Of a stretch of DNA of 64,000 nt, positions 30,210 to 47,881 are shown one piece after another; the stretch's first letter is position 1; each line of letters starts with the position of its first letter. Location of the stretch: assembly GCF_056712565.1 (NCBI RefSeq), contig NZ_CM160072.1. The stretch is one strand, 5' to 3'. The translations under genes and the position numbers were made by a program. A model generated the notes under the pieces. The model saw nothing but the letters and a program-made list of their open reading frames with translations, was not told where the DNA came from and did not search any database.

Positions 30210-30223
30210 TTGATTTAAATCAA
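30210..30223. promoter_or_regulatory. FNR-type site TTGAT-N4-ATCAA upstream of grcA
   Basis: Perfect ttgatttaaatcaa palindrome in the grcA upstream region. Confidence 0.55.
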
Positions 30224-30406
30224 CAAAAACCACATATCAAGTGTGGTCACAAATGGATTTTATTGTTTTACATCAACTTATGCAGATGTGAAATTTTACC
30301 AATTTACATTTTTTTGCATGTCTTTTTGTCTATAAAATGAGCATGATTTTGTTCTGTAGAAAGAAGCAGTTAAGCTAGGCGGATTAAAGATTCGCAGGAG
30401 AGCGAG

Positions 30407-31096
30407 ATGGCTAACGAATTAACCTGGCATGATGTGCTGGCTGAAGAGAAGCAGCAACCCTATTTTCTTAATACCCTTCAGACCGTCGCCAGCGAGCGGC
30501 AGTCCGGCGTCACTATCTATCCACCACAAAAAGATGTCTTTAACGCGTTCCGCTTTACGGAGTTGGGTGACGTTAAAGTGGTGATTCTCGGTCAGGATCC
30601 TTATCACGGACCAGGACAGGCGCATGGTCTGGCATTTTCCGTTCGCCCCGGCATTGCGACACCACCGTCACTGCTGAATATGTATAAAGAGCTGGAAAAT
30701 ACTATTCCCGGTTTCACCCGCCCTAATCATGGTTACCTTGAAAGCTGGGCGCGTCAGGGTGTTCTGCTGCTCAATACTGTCTTGACGGTTCGCGCTGGTC
30801 AGGCGCATTCCCACGCCAGCCTCGGCTGGGAGACGTTTACTGATAAAGTCATCAGCCTCATAAATCAGCATCGCGAAGGCGTGGTGTTTTTGTTGTGGGG
30901 ATCACATGCGCAAAAGAAAGGGGCGATTATAGATAAGCAACGCCATCATGTACTGAAAGCACCGCATCCGTCGCCGCTTTCGGCGCATCGTGGATTCTTT
31001 GGCTGCAACCATTTTGTGCTGGCAAATCAGTGGCTGGAACAACGTGGCGAGACGCCGATTGACTGGATGCCAGTATTACCGGCAGAGAGTGAGTAA
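30407..31096 (+). CDS. ung: Uracil-DNA glycosylase
   Basis: 229 aa with GQDPYH motif. Confidence 0.95.
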   Translation: MANELTWHDVLAEEKQQPYFLNTLQTVASERQSGVTIYPPQKDVFNAFRFTELGDVKVVILGQDPYHGPGQAHGLAFSVRPGIATPPSLLNMYKELENTIPGFTRPNHGYLESWARQGVLLLNTVLTVRAGQAHSHASLGWETFTDKVISLINQHREGVVFLLWGSHAQKKGAIIDKQRHHVLKAPHPSPLSAHRGFFGCNHFVLANQWLEQRGETPIDWMPVLPAESE

Positions 31097-31143
31097 ATTT
31101 GCGGGAAAATGCCGGATGGCAGAGTTGCCACCCGGCTGATTTA

Positions 31144-32181
31144 TCAGGCTTTATTCTGACGCCACCATTCGCCAAGAAGAACGCCGGTTGCGACAGAGAT
31201 ATTCAGCCCGGCAACGTTGCCAGTACCATCAATCTTCACGCGCAGATCGTTCGGATCGCGTGCGGCATCCGGTAACCCTTCATATTCCTGACCCAGCACC
31301 AGTACCATTTTCGCTGGCAGACTGGTTTTGAACAGCGGTTTACCCTGCTCGCTGGAAGTTGTCACTACGGTGTAACCCGCCTGACGGAAATCATCCAGCA
31401 CGTTAACAATGTTGTCGCCAGTAATCGGCTGAACGTACTCTGCGCCGCCTTCTGCGGTACGGATAGCCGCCCCAGACTCCAGCAGTGCTGCATCCTGCAC
31501 CACAACACCTTTCACGCCGAAGTGCGCACAGCTACGCATCATGCCGCCCAGGTTATGCGGGTTAGATTCGTTTTCCAGGGCCAGTACACAATCCTGCGCG
31601 CCTGCCTGGCTTACCCACTGCTGCACGGTTGTACCGTTACGCTTTTTGATCAGGAAGCAAACGCCGCCGTGATGTTCCGTGCCTGACGCTTTTGTCAGTT
31701 CCGCTTCATCCACCACATGGTACGCTTTGCGGTTTGCCGCCATCCAGCGCAAGGCTTCTTTAAAACGTGGCGTTACGCTCTGGATAAACCAGGCGCGAAC
31801 AATCGCTTCCGGACGGCTCTGGAACAGTGCCTGACAGGCGTTTTCGCCGTAGACGCGGGTTTCTTCCGCACGCTGACGACGCAAAACTTCCGGATCAATA
31901 AAACTTTTACCACTGATGCCACCGTGATCGGCCTTTTCCGGCGTCTCATCACCCGGCGCGCGGGAAACCGTGCGCCACGGCGAATCTTCCCACTTGCGGT
32001 CACGGTGCTGACTCTGTTTGTCATCGCGGGCGGGGCGACGGCCACCGTCAGCACGAGATTTTCCTGGACGCCCGCCCCCTTTCCCGGTACGCGGGTTGTG
32101 GGTACGTTTATCAGAATCATCATCACTGCGGACATACATCACTTTGACCTTGCCGCTTTTACCTTTCATTTCATCGTTCAT
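31144..32181 (-). CDS. yfiF: SpoU/TrmH-family RNA methyltransferase with basic N-terminal region
   Basis: Start at [18 protein letters not shown] (345 aa). Confidence 0.85.
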   Translation of the reverse strand: MNDEMKGKSGKVKVMYVRSDDDSDKRTHNPRTGKGGGRPGKSRADGGRRPARDDKQSQHRDRKWEDSPWRTVSRAPGDETPEKADHGGISGKSFIDPEVLRRQRAEETRVYGENACQALFQSRPEAIVRAWFIQSVTPRFKEALRWMAANRKAYHVVDEAELTKASGTEHHGGVCFLIKKRNGTTVQQWVSQAGAQDCVLALENESNPHNLGGMMRSCAHFGVKGVVVQDAALLESGAAIRTAEGGAEYVQPITGDNIVNVLDDFRQAGYTVVTTSSEQGKPLFKTSLPAKMVLVLGQEYEGLPDAARDPNDLRVKIDGTGNVAGLNISVATGVLLGEWWRQNKA

Positions 32182-32387
32182 GCTTTTCTCCACCAGCGCT
32201 GCGCGAAGCGCGCAGATTACCCGAAGTCCGCGCGGTTCGCCATGATTTCGTTCCAAAGCCTGTGTCTATCATACCCATTGAATAAAACAGATTGTTGTCT
32301 GGAACAATGTCCCCGATAATATGTAACATATTAGAAACATACCGGCGTCGTTGCCGATAAGTCTCCTTACTCATCCCGAGGTTAGTT

Positions 32388-32807
32388 ATGAATACCGTTT
32401 GTACCCATTGTCAGGCCATCAATCGCATTCCCGACGATCGGATCGAAGATGCGGCAAAATGCGGACGCTGCGGTCACGACTTGTTTGACGGAGAGGTGAT
32501 TAATGCGACCGGTGAAACGCTCGACAAATTGCTGAAAGATGATCTACCTGTGGTGATCGACTTCTGGGCACCGTGGTGCGGCCCCTGCCGTAATTTCGCA
32601 CCAATTTTTGAAGATGTCGCGCAAGAGCGTAGCGGTAAAGTGCGCTTTGTGAAAGTGAATACCGAAGCTGAACGTGAATTGAGCAGCCGCTTTGGTATTC
32701 GCAGTATTCCGACGATCATGATTTTCAAAAATGGTCAGGTTGTCGACATGCTTAATGGCGCAGTGCCGAAAGCGCCGTTCGATAGCTGGCTGAATGAATC
32801 TCTTTAA
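32388..32807 (+). CDS. trxC: Thioredoxin 2
   Basis: 139 aa; N-terminal zinc-finger CxxC pairs plus WCGPC active site. Confidence 0.95.
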
Positions 32808-32875
32808 TCTTACCGGGGCGCATCTTGTGCCCCGTTTTCTCCTCTGCGACAATGGCGTTTTTTCGACGCTCCCTT

Positions 32876-33574
32876 ATGACCGAAAACGCTGTTCTCCAGT
32901 TACGCGCCGAGCGTATTGCGCGTGCAACACGTCCTTTTCTTGCCCGCGGTAATCGCGTTCGTCGCTGCCAACGCTGTCTTTTGCCAGAGAAATTATGTCT
33001 CTGTTCGACAATTACCCCAGCACAAGCAAAAAGTCGCTTCTGTTTGCTGATGTTCGACACCGAGCCAATGAAGCCCAGTAATACCGGGCGTCTGATTGCT
33101 GATATTTTGCCTGATACCGTTGCGTTTCAATGGTCGCGTACCGAACCCTCGCAAGATTTGCTGGATCTGGTGCAAAACCCGGACTATCAGCCAATGGTGG
33201 TCTTTCCCGCTTCGTATGCTGATGAGCAACGGGAAGTGATCTTCACACCACCTGCCGGTAAGCCTCCGCTATTTATCATGCTCGATGGTACCTGGCCAGA
33301 AGCTCGCAAGATGTTTCGTAAAAGTCCGTATCTGGATAATCTTCCCGTCATTTCCGTCGATCTTTCTCGGCTTTCTGCCTATCGCCTGCGTGAAGCCCAG
33401 GCTGAAGGCCAATATTGTACTGCCGAGGTAGCCATCGCACTGTTAGATATGGCCGGCGATACCAGGGCGGCGACAGGGTTAGGCGAGCATTTTACCCGCT
33501 TTAAAACACGCTATCTGGCAGGAAAAACGCAACATCCGGGAAGCATCACAGCAGAACAGTTAGAAAGCGTTTAA
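32876..33574 (+). CDS. yfiP: DTW-domain protein (tRNA-uridine aminocarboxypropyltransferase)
   Basis: Start at MTENAVLQLRAERIARA (232 aa); DGTW motif. Confidence 0.8.
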   Translation: MTENAVLQLRAERIARATRPFLARGNRVRRCQRCLLPEKLCLCSTITPAQAKSRFCLLMFDTEPMKPSNTGRLIADILPDTVAFQWSRTEPSQDLLDLVQNPDYQPMVVFPASYADEQREVIFTPPAGKPPLFIMLDGTWPEARKMFRKSPYLDNLPVISVDLSRLSAYRLREAQAEGQYCTAEVAIALLDMAGDTRAATGLGEHFTRFKTRYLAGKTQHPGSITAEQLESV

Positions 33575-33605
33575 AATCATTCGGTCACTTCTGCGGGAGA
33601 CCGGT

Positions 33606-36266
33606 ATGAGTCAGCGAGGACTGGAAGCACTACTGCGACCAAAATCGATTGCGGTAATTGGCGCATCGATGAAACCCAATCGCGCAGGTTACCTGATGAT
33701 GCGTAACCTGCTGGCGGGAGGCTTTAACGGACCGGTACTCCCGGTGACGCCAGCCTGGAAAGCGGTGTTGGGTGTGTTGGCCTGGCCGGATATTGCCCGC
33801 TTGCCCTTTACACCCGACCTTGCGGTTTTATGTACCAATGCCAGCCGTAATCTTGCTCTTCTGGAAGAGCTCGGCGAGAAAGGCTGTAAAACCTGCATTA
33901 TTCTTTCCGCCCCGGCATCGCAACACGAAGATCTCCGCGCCTGCGCCCTGCGCCATAACATGCGCCTGCTAGGACCAAACAGTCTGGGCTTACTGGCTCC
34001 CTGGCAAGGTCTGAATGCCAGCTTTTCACCTGTGCCGATTAAACGCGGCAAGCTGGCGTTTATTTCGCAATCGGCTGCTGTCTCCAACACCATCCTCGAC
34101 TGGGCGCAACAGCGTGAGATGGGCTTTTCCTACTTTATTGCGCTCGGCGACAGCCTGGATATCGACGTTGATGAATTGCTCGACTATTTGGCGCGCGACA
34201 GTAAAACCAGCGCCATCCTGCTCTATCTCGAACAATTAAGTGATGCGCGACGTTTTGTTTCGGCGGCCCGTAGCGCCTCACGTAATAAACCGATTCTGGT
34301 GATTAAAAGCGGACGTAGCCCGGCGGCTCAACGTCTGTTGAACACCACGGCAGGAATGGATCCGGCGTGGGATGCAGCTATTCAGCGTGCCGGTTTGTTG
34401 CGGGTACAGGACACCCACGAACTGTTTTCGGCGGTGGAAACCCTTAGCCATATGCGCCCGCTGCGTGGCGACCGGTTGATGATTATCAGCAACGGTGCTG
34501 CGCCTGCCGCGCTGGCGCTGGATGCCTTATGGTCACGCAATGGCAAGCTGGCAACGCTAAGCGAAGAAACCTGCCAGAAACTGCGCGATGCACTGCCAGG
34601 GCATGTGGCAATCTCTAACCCGCTCGATCTGCGCGATGACGCCAGCAGCGAGCATTATGTCAAAACGCTGGACATTCTGCTCCACAGCCAGGATTTTGAT
34701 GCGCTGATGGTTATTCATTCGCCCAGCGCCGCTGCTCCCGCAACAGAAAGCGCGCAAGTATTAATTGAAGCGGTAAAGCATCATCCCCGCAGCAAATATG
34801 TCTCTTTGCTGACGAACTGGTGCGGCGAGCACTCCTCGCAAGAGGCACGACGTTTATTCAGCGAAGCCGGGCTGCCGACCTACCGTACTCCGGAAGGAAC
34901 CATCACTGCTTTTATGCATATGGTCGAGTACCGGCGTAATCAGAAGCAACTACGCGAAACGCCGGCGTTGCCCAGCAATCTGACTTCCAATACCGCAGAA
35001 GCGCATCTTCTGTTGCAACATGCGATTGCCGAAGGGGCTACGTCGCTCGATACCCATGAAGTTCAGCCCATCCTGCAAGCGTATGGTATGAATACTCTCC
35101 CTACCTGGATTGCCAGTAATAGCACCGAAGCGGTACATATTGCCAAACAGATTGGCTATCCGGTGGCACTGAAATTGCGCTCGCCGGATATTCCACATAA
35201 ATCGGAAGTTCAGGGCGTCATGCTCTACCTACGTACAGCCAATGAAGTCCAGCAAGCGGCAAACGCTATTTTCGATCGCGTAAAAATGGCCTGGCCGCAG
35301 GCGCGGGTCCACGGCCTGTTGGTGCAAAGTATGGCTAACCGTGCTGGCGCTCAGGAGTTGCGGGTTGTGGTTGAGCACGATCCGGTTTTCGGGCCGTTAA
35401 TCATGCTGGGTGAAGGCGGTGTGGAGTGGCGTCCTGAAGATCAAGCCGTCGTCGCACTGCCGCCGCTGAACATGAACCTGGCCCGCTATCTGGTTATTCA
35501 GGGGATCAAAAGTAAAAAGATTCGTGCACGCAGTGCGCTACGCCCATTGGATGTTGCAGGCTTGAGCCAGCTTCTGGTGCAGGTTTCCAACTTGATTGTC
35601 GATTGCCCGGAAATTCAGCGTCTGGATATTCATCCTTTGCTGGCTTCTGGCAGTGAATTTACCGCGCTGGATGTCACGCTGGATATCGCGCCGTTTGAAG
35701 GTGATAACGAGAGCCGGCTGGCTGTGCGCCCTTATCCGCATCAGCTGGAAGAATGGGTAGAATTGAAAAACGGTGAACGCTGCTTGTTCCGCCCGATTTT
35801 GCCAGAAGATGAGCCACAGCTTCAGCAATTCATTTCGCGAGTCACCAAAGAAGATCTTTATTACCGCTACTTTAGCGAGATCAACGAATTTACCCATGAA
35901 GATTTAGCCAACATGACGCAGATCGACTACGATCGGGAAATGGCATTTGTAGCGGTACGACGAATTGATCAAACGGAAGAGATCCTCGGCGTCACACGTG
36001 CGATCTCCGACCCTGATAACATCGATGCCGAATTTGCCGTGCTGGTTCGCTCGGATCTCAAAGGGTTAGGCTTAGGTCGACGCTTAATGGAAAAGTTGAT
36101 TACCTATACGCGAGATCACGGACTACAACGTCTGAATGGTATTACGATGCCAAACAATCGTGGCATGGTGGCGCTGGCCCGCAAGCTCGGGTTTAACGTT
36201 GATATCCAGCTCGAAGAGGGGATCGTTGGGCTTACGCTAAATCTTGCCCAGCGCGAGGAATCATGA
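33606..36266 (+). CDS. patZ: Protein lysine acetyltransferase (Pat/YfiQ): CoA-binding, NDP-forming acyl-CoA synthetase-like and GNAT domains
   Basis: 886-aa ORF, three-domain architecture. Confidence 0.9.
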   Translation: MSQRGLEALLRPKSIAVIGASMKPNRAGYLMMRNLLAGGFNGPVLPVTPAWKAVLGVLAWPDIARLPFTPDLAVLCTNASRNLALLEELGEKGCKTCIILSAPASQHEDLRACALRHNMRLLGPNSLGLLAPWQGLNASFSPVPIKRGKLAFISQSAAVSNTILDWAQQREMGFSYFIALGDSLDIDVDELLDYLARDSKTSAILLYLEQLSDARRFVSAARSASRNKPILVIKSGRSPAAQRLLNTTAGMDPAWDAAIQRAGLLRVQDTHELFSAVETLSHMRPLRGDRLMIISNGAAPAALALDALWSRNGKLATLSEETCQKLRDALPGHVAISNPLDLRDDASSEHYVKTLDILLHSQDFDALMVIHSPSAAAPATESAQVLIEAVKHHPRSKYVSLLTNWCGEHSSQEARRLFSEAGLPTYRTPEGTITAFMHMVEYRRNQKQLRETPALPSNLTSNTAEAHLLLQHAIAEGATSLDTHEVQPILQAYGMNTLPTWIASNSTEAVHIAKQIGYPVALKLRSPDIPHKSEVQGVMLYLRTANEVQQAANAIFDRVKMAWPQARVHGLLVQSMANRAGAQELRVVVEHDPVFGPLIMLGEGGVEWRPEDQAVVALPPLNMNLARYLVIQGIKSKKIRARSALRPLDVAGLSQLLVQVSNLIVDCPEIQRLDIHPLLASGSEFTALDVTLDIAPFEGDNESRLAVRPYPHQLEEWVELKNGERCLFRPILPEDEPQLQQFISRVTKEDLYYRYFSEINEFTHEDLANMTQIDYDREMAFVAVRRIDQTEEILGVTRAISDPDNIDAEFAVLVRSDLKGLGLGRRLMEKLITYTRDHGLQRLNGITMPNNRGMVALARKLGFNVDIQLEEGIVGLTLNLAQREES

Positions 36267-36379
36267 GTAAGGTACTGGAAATGTTGACCACTTAATCGGG
36301 ACTGGTGTTATTATTGCCCGCTTATGTCGTCTGCATTGCACAGAGGACCCTTCAATGAACAGAGAAGAAATGCACTGTG

Positions 36380-37735
36380 ATGTTGTCAAAATTTAAGCGT
36401 AATAAACATCAACAACACCTTGCCCAACTACCCAAGATTTCTCAATCAGTTGATGATGTCGATTTCTTTTACGCTCCCGCCGACTTCCGGGAGACGCTGC
36501 TGGAAAAAATAGCCAGCGCGAAGCAGCGCATTTGCATTGTCGCCCTGTATCTCGAACAGGATGACGGTGGCAAAGGCATTCTGAACGCGTTGTATGAGGC
36601 TAAAAGGCAGCGTCCGGAACTGGATGTGCGGGTGCTGGTCGACTGGCATCGTGCACAACGTGGACGCATTGGCGCTGCGGCATCTAACACTAACGCTGAC
36701 TGGTACTGCCGCATGGCGCAGGAAAATCCGGGCGTAGATGTTCCGGTTTATGGCGTTCCAATCAATACCCGTGAAGCCCTTGGTGTTCTGCACTTTAAAG
36801 GCTTTATCATCGACGATAGCGTACTTTATAGCGGTGCCAGCCTGAACGATGTTTACCTGCATCAGCACGATAAATATCGCTACGACCGTTATCATCTGAT
36901 CCGTAACCGTAAGATGTCAGACATTATGTTTGAATGGGTTACACAGAATATTATGAATGGCCGCGGCGTTAATCGTCTGGATGATGTTAATCGGCCAAAA
37001 AGCCCGGAAATCAAGAACGATATTCGTCTGTTCCGCCAGGAGCTGCGTGATGCCGCTTATCATTTCCAGGGCGATGCCGACAACGATCAGCTTTCCGTAA
37101 CGCCGCTAGTGGGGCTGGGGAAATCGAGTCTGTTGAACAAGACCATTTTCCATCTTATGCCTTGTGCCGAGCAGAAACTAACCATCTGTACGCCATACTT
37201 CAACCTGCCAGCAATCCTTGTGCGCAATATTATCCAGTTGCTGCGCGAAGGGAAAAAGGTCGAAATTATTGTTGGTGATAAAACCGCGAATGACTTCTAC
37301 ATTCCGGAAGATGAACCTTTCAAGATAATTGGCGCATTGCCTTATCTCTATGAGATCAATCTGCGTCGTTTCCTGAGCCGTTTGCAGTATTACGTCAATA
37401 CTGACCAGCTAGTGGTTCGGTTATGGAAAGATGACGACAACACCTATCACCTGAAAGGGATGTGGGTTGATGATAAGTGGATGTTGATCACCGGTAATAA
37501 CCTGAACCCACGCGCCTGGCGTCTGGATCTGGAAAACGCCATTTTGATCCACGATCCACAACTGGAGCTTGCGCCGCAGCGAGAGAAAGAACTGGAGCTG
37601 ATCCGCGAGCATACCACCATCGTTAAGCACTATCGCGATCTGCAAAGTATTGCCGATTATCCGGTGAAGGTTCGTAAACTCATCCGCCGTTTGCGCCGTA
37701 TCCGCATCGACCGATTAATTAGCCGCATCCTGTAA
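36380..37735 (+). CDS. pssA: CDP-diacylglycerol--serine O-phosphatidyltransferase
   Basis: Start at MLSKFKRNKHQQHL (451 aa); two PLD-like HKD motifs. Confidence 0.9.
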   Translation: MLSKFKRNKHQQHLAQLPKISQSVDDVDFFYAPADFRETLLEKIASAKQRICIVALYLEQDDGGKGILNALYEAKRQRPELDVRVLVDWHRAQRGRIGAAASNTNADWYCRMAQENPGVDVPVYGVPINTREALGVLHFKGFIIDDSVLYSGASLNDVYLHQHDKYRYDRYHLIRNRKMSDIMFEWVTQNIMNGRGVNRLDDVNRPKSPEIKNDIRLFRQELRDAAYHFQGDADNDQLSVTPLVGLGKSSLLNKTIFHLMPCAEQKLTICTPYFNLPAILVRNIIQLLREGKKVEIIVGDKTANDFYIPEDEPFKIIGALPYLYEINLRRFLSRLQYYVNTDQLVVRLWKDDDNTYHLKGMWVDDKWMLITGNNLNPRAWRLDLENAILIHDPQLELAPQREKELELIREHTTIVKHYRDLQSIADYPVKVRKLIRRLRRIRIDRLISRIL

Positions 37736-37740
37736 TCACA

Positions 37741-37768
37741 ACCCCGTCCTGTACGGGGTTTGTTTTTT
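37741..37768 (+). terminator. Hairpin terminator after pssA
   Basis: accccgt-cctgt-acggggt followed by ttgtttttt. Confidence 0.5.
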
Positions 37769-37780
37769 GGAGGCCACGTT

Positions 37781-38104
37781 TTGCGTATTCTTTTTGTCTG
37801 TTCGCTATTGTTACTTTCTGGATGCAGCCATATGGCTAACGATAGCTGGAGCGGGCAGGATAAAGCTCAACACTTTATCGCCTCGGCGATGCTTTCCGCC
37901 GCCGGAAATGAATATTCACAGCATCAGGGGATGAGCCGGGATCGCAGTGCCATGTTTGGATTGATGTTCTCTGTCAGTCTGGGGGCGTCAAAAGAGCTTT
38001 GGGATAGCCGCCCTGAGGGGAGCGGCTGGAGCTGGAAGGATTTTGCCTGGGATATCGCCGGTGCAAGCACCGGCTATACCGTCTGGCAACTGACCCGTCA
38101 CTAA
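37781..38104 (+). CDS. yfiM: Small lipoprotein YfiM
   Basis: Start at (TTG)[14 protein letters not shown] with lipobox; 107 aa. Confidence 0.75.
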   Translation: MRILFVCSLLLLSGCSHMANDSWSGQDKAQHFIASAMLSAAGNEYSQHQGMSRDRSAMFGLMFSVSLGASKELWDSRPEGSGWSWKDFAWDIAGASTGYTVWQLTRH

Positions 38105-39399
38105 AGCCGCATCCCTTTTCCTTTACGGTGCAATGTTAGTGAAACCAGAAACGCCACCACGGCCATCAAGGTCACATACCAGAAGAAGGCTGTTTCCATT
38201 CCTATTGATTTCAGCGACAACGCTACGTACTCCGCCGAACCACCAAATATAGCATTGGCGACCGCATATGACAGACCAACGCCTAATGCGCGAACCTGTG
38301 CCGGGAACATCTCAGCCTTCAGTATTCCACTGATTGAAGTATAAAAACTCACTATCAGCAGGGCGCACATCACCAGACCAAAAGCGGCATAAGGCGAGGA
38401 AACGTTCTGCAATGCTGAGAGAATAGGAACGGTAAAAATGGTTGCCAGAGAACCGAAACATAACATTGAGGTACGGCGACCAATCTTATCCGACAGCGCG
38501 CCAATAAGTGGTTGAATAAGCATGAATACAAACAATGCGGCAGTCATAATGCCACTCGCCACGTTGGCATGCATTCCCGCAGTATTTACCAGATACTTCT
38601 GCATATAAGTGGTGAAGGTATAGAAACAAAGGGAGGCCGCAGCGGTAAAACCGAGAACCATGATGAATGCACGGCGATTGCGCCATAATCCTTTCAGAGA
38701 TCCAGCTTCTTTTAAAGCGCGTGTTTCTTGTTGTGAAGTTTCATCTAACTGACGACGTAACCACAACGCCACAACAGCTAACACAGCCCCTAACGCGAAA
38801 GGAATACGCCATCCCCACTCTCTGAGTACAGCGTCTTCCATGGTGTGTTGTAAAACCACGACAACCAGTAGAGCTAGCAGTTGCCCGCCGATCAACGTCA
38901 CATACTGAAATGATGCGTAAAAACCTTTGCGCCCTTCAACGGCAACTTCACTCATATAGGTGGCGCTGGTGCCATATTCTCCGCCAACGGATAATCCCTG
39001 GAATAAACGAGCAAGAAGCAATAATGCCGGAGCCCAGGTACCGATTGTTTCGTAGCCTGGCAAACAGGCGATAACCAGTGAGCCGAAACACATCATACAC
39101 ACCGATAATAGCATCGATTTTTTGCGACCATGTTTATCGGCTATGCGGCCAAATAGCCAACCGCCTATTGGGCGCATCAGAAATCCCGCAGCAAAAACAC
39201 CTGCTGTTTGCAGTAGTTGAGTCGTCGTGTTCCCGGAAGGGAAGAAGATGTGGGCGAAGTAGAGTGAACAGAACGAGTAGACATAGAAATCGAACCACTC
39301 GATCAGATTACCTGAAGAGGCCCCAACAATTGCCCAAATACGGCGACGAGTATCACTACTTGTCAGTTTGCTGTCTGCCGTTACAGTACTTTCAGCCAT
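38101..39399 (-). CDS. kgtP: Alpha-ketoglutarate permease (MFS)
   Basis: Start at [15 protein letters not shown] (432 aa). Confidence 0.9.
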   Translation of the reverse strand: MAESTVTADSKLTSSDTRRRIWAIVGASSGNLIEWFDFYVYSFCSLYFAHIFFPSGNTTTQLLQTAGVFAAGFLMRPIGGWLFGRIADKHGRKKSMLLSVCMMCFGSLVIACLPGYETIGTWAPALLLLARLFQGLSVGGEYGTSATYMSEVAVEGRKGFYASFQYVTLIGGQLLALLVVVVLQHTMEDAVLREWGWRIPFALGAVLAVVALWLRRQLDETSQQETRALKEAGSLKGLWRNRRAFIMVLGFTAAASLCFYTFTTYMQKYLVNTAGMHANVASGIMTAALFVFMLIQPLIGALSDKIGRRTSMLCFGSLATIFTVPILSALQNVSSPYAAFGLVMCALLIVSFYTSISGILKAEMFPAQVRALGVGLSYAVANAIFGGSAEYVALSLKSIGMETAFFWYVTLMAVVAFLVSLTLHRKGKGMRL

Positions 39400-39741
39400 G
39401 CCATTATGTCTCCTGCCGTAATCCGATGCTTTTGTCGGTCGCTTTTGTTTATTTTTTGGTAAGAAAAATGTTATACATTTGTTGCATATCATTATGCAAC
39501 CTTAACCATGAATTTAGTTAGCAGGAAAATGGTTATTAAGGAGCTTAAGGATAGATTTCTGGTAAGGAGGAAGTATGGAAGTGGGCAATTTGGGGAAGAC
39601 GTATTCGCTGTTGAATCTGGCTTATGTGGGAGCGTAGATACTGTTACGGCCAGCAAGTTTTTTCCTGGTCCAGTCTCCCGGATTGCAGGCATGCCAGACA
39701 CAGCGCCGTCAGGCGCTGTTGTTTCATCCCTTCCGCGATTT

Positions 39742-40902
<1,161 letters not shown>

Positions 40903-40918
40903 TCGGATAAGATGCGGC

Positions 40919-41674
<756 letters not shown>

Positions 41675-41778
41675 ATCAGCATACTTGTCCTTAGCCTTCT
41701 GCAGTGACAGCTGGTAGTACAGCGTGCTTCTGGCCAGCCCTGCGGCCTTTAACAGGTCAGACTGGCAGTGTCCGTACC

Positions 41779-42299
41779 TCAGGCTCTGGATGACTTTCGT
41801 TTTTTCTCCAGCTCCTGGCGCTTTTTTTCCAGAAGATGCTCCTGCATGGCTTTCAGATATGCATTTTCTGCGCGAAGATAACGCAGCTCATTCTTCATCT
41901 CTTCCGGCGTCATGTTTGCCTCGTTTTCATGGGTATCATCAGAACGGGTCATGCTTTTCTCCTTCCTGCGCCTGATAAAGGCCTCATTACCAGATTTGCG
42001 GTAGCCTTTTATCCAGTTTTTAACCGTGTTGTGGCTGGGAATGTTAAACCGGGCAGCTACCCGGGGTAGAGACTCAGAATGCCCGAGAGCATAAAGAACC
42101 ACGCAAAGTTTATCTTCAGGAGAATAGCTACGCTTGTGTCTGCAATCCAGTGCCGAGGACCGTGAAGAAGAAAAAGATTAATCCAGTGTGAGAGGCTGGT
42201 GTGAGAAAGTTGAAAGAGTTTTGCCGTAGAAATGATGCCTGCATGACCAGCCAGGTAATGATTTACAGCGGCAAGTTTTATTTCAAATGAATGTTTCAT
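41779..42299 (-). pseudogene. IS3-family OrfA (two-HTH, IS150 InsJ-like), interrupted by a frameshift near 42100-42157
   Basis: N-terminal part (MKHSFEIKLAAVNHYLAGH…) and C-terminal part (…SLPRVAARFNIPSHNTVKNWIKGYRKSGNEAF…leucine zipper) are in different frames. Confidence 0.55.
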
Positions 42300-42427
42300 A
42301 AACTGCACCTTCAGATGTCAGATTATGTCCAACATTTGGGGTGCAGTTCAGCAGCGTCGCATCCGGCATTTATTCCGCACCAACGCAAAAAAGCCCAGTC
42401 TTCCGACTGGGCTCTTCGCTTAATTTG

Positions 42428-42547
42428 ATGCCTGGCAGTTCCCTACTCTCGCATGGGGAGACCCCACACTACCATCGGCGCTACGGCGTTTCACTTCTGA
42501 GTTCGGCATGGGGTCAGGTGGGACCACCGCGCTAAGGCCGCCAGGCA
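42428..42547 (-). rRNA. rrf: 5S ribosomal RNA
   Basis: Reverse complement matches E. coli 5S rRNA (TGCCTGGCGGCC…GGGAACTGCCAGGCAT). Confidence 0.95.
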
Positions 42548-42640
42548 AATTCTGTTTCATTAACCCGCTTGTCGCCGGTTAATCTAATCTGTATCAGGCT
42601 GAAAATCTTCTCTCATCCGCCAAAACATCTTCGGCGTTGT

Positions 42641-45544
<2,904 letters not shown>

Positions 45545-45737
45545 TCACAACCCGAAGATGTTTCTTGCGATTCATCATCGTGTTGCGAAAATTTGAGAGA
45601 CTCACGAACAACTCTCGTTGTTCAGTGTTTCAATTTTCAGCTTGATCCAGATTTTTAAAGAGCAAATATCTCAAACATCACCCGAAGATGAGTTTTGAGA
45701 TATTAAGGCAGGTGACTTTCACTCACAAACCAGCAAG

Positions 45738-45813
45738 TGGCGTCCCCTAGGGGATTCGAACCCCTGTTACCGCCGTGAAAGGGCGGTGTCCTGGGCCTCT
45801 AGACGAAGGGGAC
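45738..45813 (-). tRNA. gltW: tRNA-Glu (UUC) in the 16S-23S spacer
   Basis: Reverse complement reads GTCCCCTTCGTCTAGAGGCCCAGGACACCGCCCTTTCACGGCGGTAACAGGGGTTCGAATCCCCTAGGGGACGCCA. Confidence 0.95.
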
Positions 45814-45898
45814 GTATCAGTCTGCTTCGCAAGACGCCTTGCTTTTCACTTTCTATCAGACAATCTGTGTGAGCACTGCAAAGTACGCTTCTTTAAGG

Positions 45899-47440
<1,542 letters not shown>

Positions 47441-47621
47441 AAAAGTTTGATGCTCAAAGAATTAAACTTCGTAATGAATTACGTGTTCACTCTTGAGACT
47501 TGGTATTCATTTTTCGTCTTGCGACGTTAAGAATCCGTATCTTCGAGTGCCCACACAGATTGTCTGATAAATTGTTAAAGAGCAGTGCCGCTTCGCTTTT
47601 TCTCAGCGGCGCGGGGTGTGC

Positions 47622-47649
47622 ATGATACGCTTTCCCGCTACAGAGTCAA
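47622..47649 (-). promoter_or_regulatory. rrn P2 promoter
   Basis: Minus strand TTGACT-N17-TATCAT upstream of the 16S leader. Confidence 0.6.
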
Positions 47650-47740
47650 GCATTTATTTTTGCTTTCTCTGCCGAAGTTCTCAGGAGAACCCCGCTGACC
47701 CGGCGGCGTGTTTGCCGTTGTTCCGTGTCAGTGGTGGCGC

Positions 47741-47768
47741 ATTATAGGGAGTTATTCCGGCCTGACAA
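47741..47768 (-). promoter_or_regulatory. rrn P1 promoter with AT-rich UP element just upstream
   Basis: Minus strand cTTGTCAggccggaataactcccTATAATgcgccaccactg, the classic rrn P1 arrangement. Confidence 0.75.
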
Positions 47769-47852
47769 GCAAAAAATATAAAAACTTTATTGTTCGCTCA
47801 TTTTTCAGGCAAAACATCTTTAATATAGTCTTTTCCGTCTAACTTATAGACA

Positions 47853-47877
47853 AAAACGAGCCCCGAAGGCTCGTTTT
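47853..47877. terminator. Hairpin terminator downstream of clpB
   Basis: aaaacgagcc-ccgaa-ggctcgtttt. Confidence 0.6.
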
Positions 47878-47881
47878 ATCA

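Noticed and set aside
31717-32319. 200-aa plus-strand ORF and 120-aa minus-strand ORF (31773..32135)
   Set aside because: Both lie within or antisense to yfiF; the highly basic, low-complexity yfiF N-terminal region creates open alternative frames.
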